A stretch of DNA of 58,249 nucleotides, taken from a virus. Its lineage: Duplodnaviria; Caudoviricetes. The translations under genes were made by a program, and so were the position numbers. Shown here piece by piece: positions 8,150 to 17,720 of the stretch. The stretch is from positions 1 to 58,249 of the IMG/VR virus record IMGVR_UViG_3300043432_000295. One strand, written 5' to 3'. The notes under the pieces are model-generated. The model did not search any database. It saw only the letters and a program-made list of their open reading frames with translations, and was not told where the DNA came from. Each line of letters begins with the position of its first letter. Position 1 is the first letter of the stretch.

Positions 8150-11100
8150 GTGCAGCGCATCACCGGGCTGCCCGACGAGCAGGTCGCCGCCTTCGAGGAC
8201 CAGATCGAGGCCGCCGTCCGGGCCGCCCTGGACCAGGTCATGGAGACAGTCGCGCGCCGCGTCGAGGCCGCCATGCCGGTCCTGGCCGGCGCCCTGGTCG
8301 CCGCGGACCCGCCGCCCGTTCCGCCCAGTGACGGGCTTCCGCCGGGGCAGCCCTACGTCTCGCCGGATGATCTGGCCTCGATCCCGCCGCTGTGGCAGAC
8401 TGCGGTCGAGCAGCAGATCCTGCCCATCGTCGCGCAGGTGTTCATGTCCTCGGTCGGCCACGTCCACACCGGAATGGTTGACGCTTCAAACATTCCGGCG
8501 CTGCCGTCGGTCGGCTCGTTCGCCGCTGAGCAGTACCTGGCTCAGGCGCAGAACACCTTCGACCAGATCGGCGACAGCCTCTGGTCCACCGCCCGCACCC
8601 AACTTTCCGAGGGCTTCGAGGCCGGCGAGTCCATCCCGCAACTGGCCACGCGACTGCGGGACAGCGCCGGCGTGACCGCCCGGACCGGTGTGCTGGTTGC
8701 TCGGACGCAGGTCATCGAGGCCAGCAACGCCGGGTCGTTCGCCACCGCGCAGGCCTCCGGGCTGGCCATGAAGAAATTCTGGATTGCTACGGATGATCTA
8801 CGGACCAGGCCCGAGCATCTGGACGCGGAGAGCAACTACAGCCCAGGGGGCACGCCTGGGCCCATCGATCTCAACGAGCCGTTCATCGTGGGCGGCTTCT
8901 CGGCCATGTTCCCGGCTGCACCATCACTGCCCCCATCGATGCGCTTCAACTGCAGGTGCACTCAGGGCTATGTCATGCCCGATCAGGCCATCACCAAGAT
9001 GCGAGAAAATCTCGCGCAACAACAGGCGCAGGAAGAGTTGCCTGGGACCGAAGGTCCACTCACACAGTTCTTTCCGAAGGCCACCGGCCCGGGATTTGAC
9101 GAGCCGGCCCGGGGCGCCTTCGTCGACCAGAGCTACGTCCGCCCGACGCTGCGCGGAGCGAAGACACCGCGAGAACTGCGGCGCGTCTGGCAGGACGAGG
9201 TCTCGGCTCTCACCGGGTTCCCGTTTCAGGTGGCGCCGATCCCGGCCGACATCTCGATGGTCACGGCACGCGAGTACGCCGAGGGCACGCTGCAGATGTT
9301 CGCACAGTTTCCTGAGGCGCGCATGGATCGGATTGTGTGGTTCAACGATCCGACGAGCAGCTCGTACGCGCAGGTGCGCCGAGGCGGCCACGCCATCGAG
9401 ATCAACATGCGGTATGCCAGCGAGAAGGGGCGCACCGCCTTCCTGGCCGCGCGTCGCCGCGACGTGGCCGGCTGGGACACCGGTGACACGTCCTGGAGTG
9501 TGCGCAACGACGTGTCCGGCCAGGGCGTCATGTACCACGAGTTCACCCACATCCTCGACCTGGAGAACACACGCGACGTCGTCGCCTCAAAGATCCTGCC
9601 GATCTTGCTGCAGCACTCCGGCACCGACACGATCGAACACACGATCGCCACCCGGATCTCCTCCTATGCGGCTAGCGACAAGTACAACGAGTTGATCGCC
9701 GAGGCCGGTACCGACGTGATGGTCAACGGGGCAGCGGCCAGCCAGCTTTCCCGCGACATCTTCGACGTGCTCCGCGCCGAGTACCGGGCTCGCGGATTTG
9801 GCCTGCGCACTGGTCCGGTGGGCGAGGTCTTTCCGAAGGTGGCCGGCCCGCGCCCGGTCTCGTCGATGACGGTCGCGGATCTGCGGGCCGAACTCAAGGC
9901 CGCCGAGGTCGCGATACCCCCGGGTGCGCGCAAGGCCGATCTGACGCGCCTGGTCGAAGACCAGCGACGCGCTGTGCCCGGAGAACGTGTCGGCGTATCG
10001 CCGCCTGCCGTCGCGCCCACCGCCACTGCGCGTCTGGCCACCATGAAGGTCGGCGAGCTGCGCGACCTGGCTCGCGCCCGCGGCGTCGAGGTGTCGGCCA
10101 AGGCGCGCAAGGTCGACCTCGTCAAGGCCCTCTCTGAGCCGACGCCTCCTATCCCGTCCGCTGCAACTGCCGTCGCGCGTCAGGCCGTCATCGACGAGCA
10201 GCGCGCCGTCGCCGATGCCCTGTCCGAGGCCCGTCAGCTTCTCGACCGGCAGGCCAGCGCCCGGGCCCTCGCTTCGCGTGCCGATGCCATCGCGGCGCGC
10301 ACGAACGGGGTGCAGCCGCTCGTCGACGCGATGCGCGACGGCGACGCGGCAGCCATCCGACGCGCGGTCGACGACCTGGCCGCCCGACGCGGCCTGGTCG
10401 AGGTCGGGTCGCCACCGGCCGGTCAGGACTGGGTGGCGTTCAACCCGCAGGTTCACGAGGTACTGCCCGGCCTGCCCCGCCCGGCGGCCGGGGCTTATGT
10501 GCGCATCACGAAGCCTGCCTACCGCGCCGACATCAACGGCGAGCAGGTTCAGCTGGGCAAGGCTGTCGTCGAGCCGCTCGACGCGGCCGAGATCAAGGCC
10601 ATCCAGCACGCCCCCGCCGAGGCCGCCCGCCGCTCCATCGCGGTGCCGGAACGCGTCGCCGCCCAGCAGGCCGAGCTACGACGTATCGTCGACACCCCCC
10701 TGGCTGGACAGCCGCACCGCATCGGCGGATCCGGGGCCATCAACAACATGGAGCGCCACGAGGGCGGCACGGTCATCACGAAGGACTACAGCCGCAACTC
10801 TGCCGCCATGGGCGTGCGCGATGCCGACGCCGAAGAGCTCGGCGCGCTGGTCATGGACGCCCTCGACGTGCCGACTCAGACGGTGCTGCGCACCGGCGAC
10901 CGCAGCATTGTCGTGTCGGTCCTCGAGGGCGAGCACCCAGAGGCCATCGGTCCTCTGGCCACGGCGGCGCAGCGCACAGCGCTCGCGCAGACCGACGGCG
11001 GGCGGCTGCTGGGGTTGGCCGACACGCTCATTGGCAATGCTGACCGTCGCCGCAACTGGGTGCGGCTGGCCGACGGTCGTCCCGCCAGCTATGACCTGGG

Positions 11101-12622
11101 TGGCGCCTTCCGCGCCCCGAAGCTTGCCGCGCCGGCCGACCCCGAGGCCATCTTTGCCCGGTTCCTGTCGGCGGACGGGAAGGCGTGGGCCAGGTCCATC
11201 GACATGAACCCGGCCGACCTGGCCGTCATCCGCACACGTCTCGAAGCGCTTCGACCCGAGTTTGAGCGTCTCGGCCGGGCTACCTGGCATCGGCAGGTCA
11301 TGGCGCGCCTCGTCGAGGTTGAGAAACGCGCCGACCCCGCCGCCCCGCTGCGCCTGGCGACCGACCGGGCCGCTCAGCGTGCCGCGGTCCGTACCCGGGC
11401 CGCGAAGGTGCAGACCCAGCGCGCCAACGCCGCGCTGACCGCCCGCGTCGAGGAGCTGCTCCAGGCCAAGGCCAGCAAGGCCGTCATCCGCCAGGAGCTG
11501 GATCCGGCGCTGCGCGAGGCGGAGCAGCTCTATGCCGGCGCCGACCCTGCCCTGGCCGGTGCGCTGCGCACCGCCCTGGACTCCGGCGACACGGCGAAGC
11601 TGCGGGCCGCCCTGTCCCGCCAGACCAAGGCGTCGGGCATCACCCCGATCGGCAAGGCCGGCGGTAAGGCCAAGTTCGACCCGGCCACCATGGAAGGCGT
11701 CGGCGGCACGCACATCCCTGACGGTGTGGATGTGGTGGTGGTTCGCCGCGGCGCGCGCATCGACGGCGTCGACACACCCGAGCGGGCCATCGTGCGCGCC
11801 ACGTCGAAGCCACTGCCACAAATCTTGCGCGATGTTTCCGTTCAGCCAGGGCGGGACATTCTGACTCAGGTTTCCCACGGTCATCAGGACTGGGTAGGCG
11901 AGGCGGTCCGAGCGGCCGACGACTTGACCAGGATCGGCAATCCGGTTCTGACGGCCGCGGTCCGTCAGCAGGCGGGCTGGTCGGATCCGGCACTAACGCT
12001 CACCGCCAGGGAATTGGATGACGCGGTAGCAGCCGGATGGACCGAAATGTGGCGTGGCGTCAGTACCTGGTCGACGGAGGAGGGTCTGACTGCTGCTCGG
12101 ATTGCTCGAAACACGCCGCGGGGCGAATGGATCCAGGGCGACGGGCTGTACGGCAACGGGTTCTACACCACACCGCGTCGAACTACGGCCGAGGGTTACC
12201 GTCAAAGCAACTATGGTTACAGCAATGAAGGGTTCGGCCCTGGTCCACTCTTCGAGTGGCAGGAAGGATTTGACGTCGTGGAGCCGGGCGGAATCCTGCG
12301 AATGGCATTGAACCCGGCAGCGAAGATCGTAGATTACGAAGAGTTGCTGTTGGAATACCAAGAGTGGCTGCGTACTCCCGCCGCTCAGGCGCTAGGGTTG
12401 GCCAGTCGGGACAGCAGCTTCTATGCCGTTCTGCGAGGCTATGATGGTATTCGGATCCGCGGCGTACATGGCATCAACGATGGATCCGAATATCCGAGCG
12501 GCGTGACCAACGATCACGAAGCTGATCAGTACATCATTTTCAACCGAACAGTCCTGGTGTTTGAGCGGCCTGGTCGGCGTTTTGACAACGACCGATACGT
12601 GAGGGGGTTGTCGCGGGCATGA
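8150..12622 (+). CDS. MuF (SPP1 gp7-like) minor head protein fused to multiple effector domains
   Basis: KFWIATDDLRTRPEH...NCRC (MuF); HEFTH; two HeH/Rho-N-like repeats; DTLIGNADR..N..YDLG; WRG...GLYGNGFY...GYDGI...QYIIFN. Confidence 0.85.
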   Translation: MQRITGLPDEQVAAFEDQIEAAVRAALDQVMETVARRVEAAMPVLAGALVAADPPPVPPSDGLPPGQPYVSPDDLASIPPLWQTAVEQQILPIVAQVFMSSVGHVHTGMVDASNIPALPSVGSFAAEQYLAQAQNTFDQIGDSLWSTARTQLSEGFEAGESIPQLATRLRDSAGVTARTGVLVARTQVIEASNAGSFATAQASGLAMKKFWIATDDLRTRPEHLDAESNYSPGGTPGPIDLNEPFIVGGFSAMFPAAPSLPPSMRFNCRCTQGYVMPDQAITKMRENLAQQQAQEELPGTEGPLTQFFPKATGPGFDEPARGAFVDQSYVRPTLRGAKTPRELRRVWQDEVSALTGFPFQVAPIPADISMVTAREYAEGTLQMFAQFPEARMDRIVWFNDPTSSSYAQVRRGGHAIEINMRYASEKGRTAFLAARRRDVAGWDTGDTSWSVRNDVSGQGVMYHEFTHILDLENTRDVVASKILPILLQHSGTDTIEHTIATRISSYAASDKYNELIAEAGTDVMVNGAAASQLSRDIFDVLRAEYRARGFGLRTGPVGEVFPKVAGPRPVSSMTVADLRAELKAAEVAIPPGARKADLTRLVEDQRRAVPGERVGVSPPAVAPTATARLATMKVGELRDLARARGVEVSAKARKVDLVKALSEPTPPIPSAATAVARQAVIDEQRAVADALSEARQLLDRQASARALASRADAIAARTNGVQPLVDAMRDGDAAAIRRAVDDLAARRGLVEVGSPPAGQDWVAFNPQVHEVLPGLPRPAAGAYVRITKPAYRADINGEQVQLGKAVVEPLDAAEIKAIQHAPAEAARRSIAVPERVAAQQAELRRIVDTPLAGQPHRIGGSGAINNMERHEGGTVITKDYSRNSAAMGVRDADAEELGALVMDALDVPTQTVLRTGDRSIVVSVLEGEHPEAIGPLATAAQRTALAQTDGGRLLGLADTLIGNADRRRNWVRLADGRPASYDLGGAFRAPKLAAPADPEAIFARFLSADGKAWARSIDMNPADLAVIRTRLEALRPEFERLGRATWHRQVMARLVEVEKRADPAAPLRLATDRAAQRAAVRTRAAKVQTQRANAALTARVEELLQAKASKAVIRQELDPALREAEQLYAGADPALAGALRTALDSGDTAKLRAALSRQTKASGITPIGKAGGKAKFDPATMEGVGGTHIPDGVDVVVVRRGARIDGVDTPERAIVRATSKPLPQILRDVSVQPGRDILTQVSHGHQDWVGEAVRAADDLTRIGNPVLTAAVRQQAGWSDPALTLTARELDDAVAAGWTEMWRGVSTWSTEEGLTAARIARNTPRGEWIQGDGLYGNGFYTTPRRTTAEGYRQSNYGYSNEGFGPGPLFEWQEGFDVVEPGGILRMALNPAAKIVDYEELLLEYQEWLRTPAAQALGLASRDSSFYAVLRGYDGIRIRGVHGINDGSEYPSGVTNDHEADQYIIFNRTVLVFERPGRRFDNDRYVRGLSRA

Positions 12623-12816
12623 CACCAACGCTGATGCGCGAACTCGCCCGCCTCACCAGTCAGTCCTTTGCCACCCCAGCTGAGCAGGGGTTTCTCCTGG
12701 CTGCGGCTCGGCGGGCGGACGTGCGATCGATCACTGACATGAGCCGGTCTGCTCAGGGGATGATCGCCATGTTGCGACAGAGAATCATCAATCGAGTAGG
12801 GGGAGCCCAGCCGTGA
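12619..12816 (+). CDS. small hypothetical protein (candidate immunity partner)
   Basis: ATGA-coupled to the MuF fusion. Confidence 0.5.
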   Translation: MTPTLMRELARLTSQSFATPAEQGFLLAAARRADVRSITDMSRSAQGMIAMLRQRIINRVGGAQP

Positions 12817-13727
12817 GTAGTCGCGCGCAGGCCCAGTGCACACCTTCGTGCATCCGCTACCGGTCGCCGTTCTCACCGGAAGGGATGGCCGCCGGGCGGA
12901 CCGGACCGTTCTGCGCCGCGTTTCCCGACGGTATCCCGGACGACATCTGGGAAGGCCGCTTCGATCACCGTCAGCCGCACGAGGGCGACCACGGCCTGCA
13001 GTGGGAGAGCAAGGGCGGCCTGGAGTTCCCGGCCTATGCTGTGTCCGCGACCGAAGATGCCGCTTCCACGCTGACCGCCGCCGCTGCCGTACTCGAAGGC
13101 GCCATGATCGCCCTGGTGCCCGGCGAGGCCGACATCCTGCGCCTAGCCGTCCACGGCGGCGAACCGCCGGAACAGCTGCACCTGACGCTGCTCTACCTGG
13201 GCGACAACGCCAACCTCGAAGACCTCGACCGCGAGCGGCTGCTGGGCTGGGCCGCCACGTTCGCCCCGGACTGGGCCCCCATCGGCGCCGAGGCGTTCGC
13301 CCCGGCATTGTTCAACCCCACCGGCCCTGAGCCGTGCGCCGTGATGCTCTGCTCCGGCGCCGATCTGGCCGAACTGTACGAGACCGTCCTGGCCGACGTG
13401 TCCGAACTCGTCGACCTCCCGCCAGATCTCCACGCCCCCTGGATCCCGCACGTGACGCTGCAGTATCTCGCGCCGGACGAGTCGCCGGGGATGGCTGAGT
13501 TCCTGACGACGCGTACCGGACCAGTGACGCTCGACCGGCTGCGGGTGGCCTTCGGCGGAGTGGTCACCGACTTTCCCCTCGGTTCGGTAGCATCGCAGAC
13601 GGTGGCACCGGAGGCCGATATCCCCGTTGAGGTCCCGGAGTCCGCGCCCGCGGCCGTTGCCGGCGTCGAGGCCCAGACAGCGGCCGCGGGCCCCATTCGC
13701 GAGGTCTGGGATGGTCCGCTGAACTAG
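12813..13727 (+). CDS. Cys-domain plus 2H phosphoesterase (2'-5' RNA ligase / Acb1-like)
   Basis: Two HxT motifs (LHLTLLYLG, PHVTLQY); N-terminal C..C...CAAFPDGIP...DH domain. Confidence 0.8.
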   Translation: MSSRAQAQCTPSCIRYRSPFSPEGMAAGRTGPFCAAFPDGIPDDIWEGRFDHRQPHEGDHGLQWESKGGLEFPAYAVSATEDAASTLTAAAAVLEGAMIALVPGEADILRLAVHGGEPPEQLHLTLLYLGDNANLEDLDRERLLGWAATFAPDWAPIGAEAFAPALFNPTGPEPCAVMLCSGADLAELYETVLADVSELVDLPPDLHAPWIPHVTLQYLAPDESPGMAEFLTTRTGPVTLDRLRVAFGGVVTDFPLGSVASQTVAPEADIPVEVPESAPAAVAGVEAQTAAAGPIREVWDGPLN

Positions 13728-13738
13728 GTTGCGCGCGT

Positions 13739-15601
13739 ATGATCCCGTTCATGCAGCCCGAGGCCGAGGTCAACACGACGACCGAGCCTGACCCGTATGC
13801 GGGGATGGCTGAGGTGCCCTGCTACGGCGTGCTCGCACCCGAGGGCATTCCCAGCGGCGACGACCCGCAGCGTGAGTTCGCTCCCGGCAGCCTGACCTGG
13901 GCGCCCCTGCCGATCCCGTTCAAATGGCAGGAGAAGGAAGACGAGGGCCACGAAGGCGCGTGTGTCACCGGGCGGGTCGACGCCATCTGGCGCGACGGGG
14001 CGCTGATCCGCTGGACCGGCGCGATCGACAACGTGAGCGAGTACGGGCGCGAGTTGGTCCGGCTGCGTCAGGGCGACTTCGTTCGCGGCGTCTCGATCAT
14101 GGCCGATGACACGGCTGAGACGGACATCGAGTACGTCTATCCGGTGCCGCCGCCCATGCCCGAGATGGTCATGCCCATGACCCCGCCGTCGGCACCGGCC
14201 GCGGTCGAGCCGCTGGACGATGATCCGAACCTGCTCCCGACCGACGAGCAGAACATGGCCGCCCCACCCATGCCGATGATGGACATGGAGGAGATGTGCG
14301 AGCCCATCAAGCTGATCTTTCACAAGGCCCGGATCCGGTCGGCCACCGTGGTCGCCGAGCCGGCCTTCGTCGAGGCGACCTTCGACCTCGGCGAGTCACC
14401 GATCCCCGTCCCGCTGCAGACCGACATGGGCGAGCAGGTCGTCATCGCCGCCGCAGTAGGAACACACTCGACCGCCACGTCCGACGGCCCCTGGGACGGG
14501 CCGGCCAACGAGAAGCAGCTGCCCTCACCCATGCCGGTCGCCACCGCCCGCGCCGCCTATGCCTACATCGACGATGGCGCCGTACAGGACGGCGAGGTCC
14601 CCAAATCCGGTGGCCGGTTCATCCACCACGAGATCGGCGCCGACGGAACGCCCGGCGCGGCCAACGTCAAGGCCTGCCAGACCGGCATCGGCGTCCTCAA
14701 CGGTGGCCGCGGCGGAACCACCATCCCCGGCGATGCCATGGCCGGTGTGCACGCGCACCTGGCCGCCCACCTGCAGGACGCTGGATTGGAGGCCCCGCCG
14801 ATGACCGCCTCCGCCGGGCAGTGCGGCACCACCGACCCCAACTGGCGCGGCGGTCCGACCGTCATCACCGCCGGCGCATCGTGGACCATCACCATCCCTG
14901 AGGTGTGGCCGGAGTCCTGGTTCGAGGAGCCGACCGAGGCTCCGCCGATCGGCGCGCTCAATATCACCGCGGCCGGGCGGATCTACGGCTACCTGGCCCC
15001 GGGTGGTGTCTCGCACCGTGGTTTCCGCGCCCAGGGCCGCGCCGTCTACGCCCCGTCCGGCATCGACTACTCGGAGTTCCAGAACAAGGGTTGCATCGTG
15101 GCCGGCGCCGACGGCCAGGTGTACCGCATCAACGCCGGCAACGTGACCTTCGACTGCGGCCACGCCAGCCCGATGGACCCGCGCCGCGCCGACCCGTCCT
15201 GGGCCGCCGCCCACTACGAAAACAGTTGCTCCATCGCGGCCCGGGTGCGGGTTGGGGAGAACCGGCACGGCACGTGGGTGGCCGGCGCCTTGCTGCACGG
15301 CATCACCGCGGACACGGTCGAGCGCATGATGGCCTGCGCCCTGTCCGGCGACTGGCAGGACGGCAAGCTCAAGGGCGCCCTGTTGGTGCCGGTCGAGGGC
15401 TTCCCCCGCGCACAGACCGCGTCGGTGCGTATCCGGGAGGACGCGATGGTGGCATCGTCCGTGCCGATCCACTTCGAGGCCCCGCCGGCCAACCCGCACC
15501 TGCGCAAGGCGCTCGAACTGCTGGCGCGCAGCGTGGGCCGCGACCGTGCGACGCTCACCGCGTCGGCGTTCCAGCAACTGCGTCAACGCGCGGGGAGGTG
15601 A
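13739..15601 (+). CDS. capsid maturation protease / scaffold-like protein
   Basis: LAPEGIPSGD..R.F, LPIPFKW, GVSI..D, PAF.EA, LSGDW motifs; lies between portal and capsid genes. Confidence 0.75.
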   Translation: MIPFMQPEAEVNTTTEPDPYAGMAEVPCYGVLAPEGIPSGDDPQREFAPGSLTWAPLPIPFKWQEKEDEGHEGACVTGRVDAIWRDGALIRWTGAIDNVSEYGRELVRLRQGDFVRGVSIMADDTAETDIEYVYPVPPPMPEMVMPMTPPSAPAAVEPLDDDPNLLPTDEQNMAAPPMPMMDMEEMCEPIKLIFHKARIRSATVVAEPAFVEATFDLGESPIPVPLQTDMGEQVVIAAAVGTHSTATSDGPWDGPANEKQLPSPMPVATARAAYAYIDDGAVQDGEVPKSGGRFIHHEIGADGTPGAANVKACQTGIGVLNGGRGGTTIPGDAMAGVHAHLAAHLQDAGLEAPPMTASAGQCGTTDPNWRGGPTVITAGASWTITIPEVWPESWFEEPTEAPPIGALNITAAGRIYGYLAPGGVSHRGFRAQGRAVYAPSGIDYSEFQNKGCIVAGADGQVYRINAGNVTFDCGHASPMDPRRADPSWAAAHYENSCSIAARVRVGENRHGTWVAGALLHGITADTVERMMACALSGDWQDGKLKGALLVPVEGFPRAQTASVRIREDAMVASSVPIHFEAPPANPHLRKALELLARSVGRDRATLTASAFQQLRQRAGR

Positions 15602-15607
15602 CCTGAC

Positions 15608-15688
15608 ATGTGTGCATGTGGAAGCGTGGCCCCACCGCCGCCCCCACCGCCCCCGCCACCGCCGACCAGCGGCCCCACCTCGCAGTGA
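15608..15688 (+). CDS. 26-aa MCACG-polyproline peptide
   Basis: Strong SD GGGGAGGTGA; MCACGSVA-P11-TSGPTSQ. Confidence 0.5.
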   Translation: MCACGSVAPPPPPPPPPPPTSGPTSQ

Positions 15689-15753
15689 CTCCGGCCGGTC
15701 GGTAGCGCTTTACGATCACGGGCGTCTACGATGACGCGCAAGTAGCTGTGCCC

Positions 15754-15801
15754 TGGATGCCGCCGGGATTCCCGCTTCAACCTCTTTCCCGGAGGCATCC
15801 A
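15754..15801 (+). promoter_or_regulatory. Hairpin sequestering the major capsid SD
   Basis: TGGATGCC-g-CCGGGA pairs with TCCCGG-a-GGCATCCA, which contains GGAGG and the A of the ATG. Confidence 0.55.
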
Positions 15802-17642
15802 TGGCCAAGGCCAACCCGGGCGCCGGCGATGGTGCCCCGTTCCAGCTGCCCGCAGACCTCTCGTCCCTGACCCTCGAGCAGCTCGCCGAGCTTGAGACGC
15901 AGGCCGGCGCCGAGTTCGACGCGATCTACGCCGCCGAGGGCGGCCCGCAGGTCGACCAGTTCGAACGCGCCAGCGCCCTGACCGACGCCCTCGAGGCGAT
16001 CACCGCCCGGCGTAGCGAGATCGAGACCGAGGCCGCCGAGACGGCGGCCAAGTTCGAGGAGCTGCGCAACCGGGCCCGCCCGCCGGCGCCGGAGACCCCG
16101 GACGCCTCGGCCGACCCCAACGCCGAGGTGGTCGAGGGCGAGGTGCAGAACGCCGACGGCACGCCGGCCCAGCCGGCCGCGCCGCAGCTGGTCACCGCCT
16201 CCGGGCGCGGCACCGGCGGCGCGCAGACCGCCTCCCGGGAGGTGGGCGGCCTTCACCCCAACCGCGGCGCGCCGCGGCTGAACCCGTCGCTGGCCGGTAT
16301 CCGCTCGGCTGCCCCGGCCCAGACCGCCCCGGGCCAGGAGCTGGCTATGACAGCTAGCGTCGGCCTGCCCGGCGCGTTCGAGACCGGCGGCAAGATCAGC
16401 GACATCGACACCCTGGGCAAGCTGTTTGAACGCCAGGCCCGCAACATGGCCGACCAGGGCGGCCGGTACAAGGCCCGCCGCAACGGCGACCCCTACGGCG
16501 GCATCCAGGTCGCCTCGATCGCCAACGACTGGGGCAAGAACGTCTTCTCGGACAAGTCGAGCCAGCAGGCGATCGACGAGTACCGTGAGCGCGTCACCGG
16601 CATGGCGTCGTCGGACAAGATGGAGACGCTCGTCGCCGCGGGCGGCTGGTGCGCCCCGTCCCAGATCCGGTACGACTTCTTCAACATCGCCTGTCAGGAC
16701 GGCATGATCGACCTGCCGACCTTCGGCGTCGAACGCGGCGGCATCCAGTTCCCGGTGAGCCCCTCGCTCGCCGACACGTTCAGCCCGGCGCTGCCCTGGT
16801 ACACGGCGTTCAGCAACGCCACCGTTCCGTGGCTGTGGACCGAAGGCGACGACATCCTGGCCGTGACCGGCTCGCCGACCAAGCCGTGCATCCGGGTGCC
16901 CTGCTCGACTATGTCCAACGTCCGCCTCGAGTGTTACGGCATCTGCCTCACCGCGGGCAACCTGGCCGACAACGCCTGGCCCGAGTCGACGCGAAACTTC
17001 CTGCGCCTGCTCATGTCGGCGCACTACCACGCCAGCAACGCCCGGTACATTTCGACGATCTCGGCCCTGGCCACCCAGATCACCGGCTGCTCCACGACGG
17101 CGACCAACGCGGTCACGGCTACCCTGCTGGACAGCGCCGAGATGGCCGGCTTCGACATCCGGTCCCGGTACGGCATGTGCGACACGGACGTCATCGAGTC
17201 CATCTACCCGACGTGGGCGCTCGGCACGATCCGGGCCGACCTGGCCAAGCGCATGGGCATCGCGCCCAACGACGCGTTCCGGGTCAGCAACGCCGACATC
17301 GCGGGTTGGTTCGACGTGCGCGGCATTCGGGCGCAGTTCGTGCACGACTACCAGGTCCGCGCGGCCGGACAGCCGGGCGCGGCGACGCCGATCACGTCCT
17401 ACCCGACGACCATGCGGAACCTCATGTACCCGGCCGGCACCGTGGCCCGGGGCAACGGCATGACCCTGGACCTCGGTGTGGTGCGTGACTCGACCCTCAA
17501 CGCGCGCAACGACTTCACCGCCGCCTGGATGGAGGAGTGCCACCTCATCGCCCGGTTCGGCCACGAGGTCCGCGAGTACACCAACGCCATCTGCCCGTCC
17601 GGCATGACCGGCGCCAACACCCTGACCAGCTGCTGCCCGTAA
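15801..17642 (+). CDS. major capsid (hexamer-type) protein
   Basis: N-terminal coiled coil; LVAAGGWCAPSQIRYDF, DLPTFGVERGG, LDLGVVRDSTLN..ND motifs of cluster-B-like actinophage capsids. Confidence 0.85.
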   Translation: MAKANPGAGDGAPFQLPADLSSLTLEQLAELETQAGAEFDAIYAAEGGPQVDQFERASALTDALEAITARRSEIETEAAETAAKFEELRNRARPPAPETPDASADPNAEVVEGEVQNADGTPAQPAAPQLVTASGRGTGGAQTASREVGGLHPNRGAPRLNPSLAGIRSAAPAQTAPGQELAMTASVGLPGAFETGGKISDIDTLGKLFERQARNMADQGGRYKARRNGDPYGGIQVASIANDWGKNVFSDKSSQQAIDEYRERVTGMASSDKMETLVAAGGWCAPSQIRYDFFNIACQDGMIDLPTFGVERGGIQFPVSPSLADTFSPALPWYTAFSNATVPWLWTEGDDILAVTGSPTKPCIRVPCSTMSNVRLECYGICLTAGNLADNAWPESTRNFLRLLMSAHYHASNARYISTISALATQITGCSTTATNAVTATLLDSAEMAGFDIRSRYGMCDTDVIESIYPTWALGTIRADLAKRMGIAPNDAFRVSNADIAGWFDVRGIRAQFVHDYQVRAAGQPGAATPITSYPTTMRNLMYPAGTVARGNGMTLDLGVVRDSTLNARNDFTAAWMEECHLIARFGHEVREYTNAICPSGMTGANTLTSCCP

Positions 17643-17720
17643 GGCGATTCGCCTTACACGGACGTAGTTACGGGCCGTAGTTACACCGGATGAACTTGCA
17701 ACGGAGGGAGGTGAGACCAG

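Noticed and set aside
6587-8467. Long minus-strand ORFs opposite portal, capsid and other genes (also 15777..17564, 10676..11884)
   Set aside because: Typical stop-poor antisense frames of high-GC coding DNA with no protein motifs
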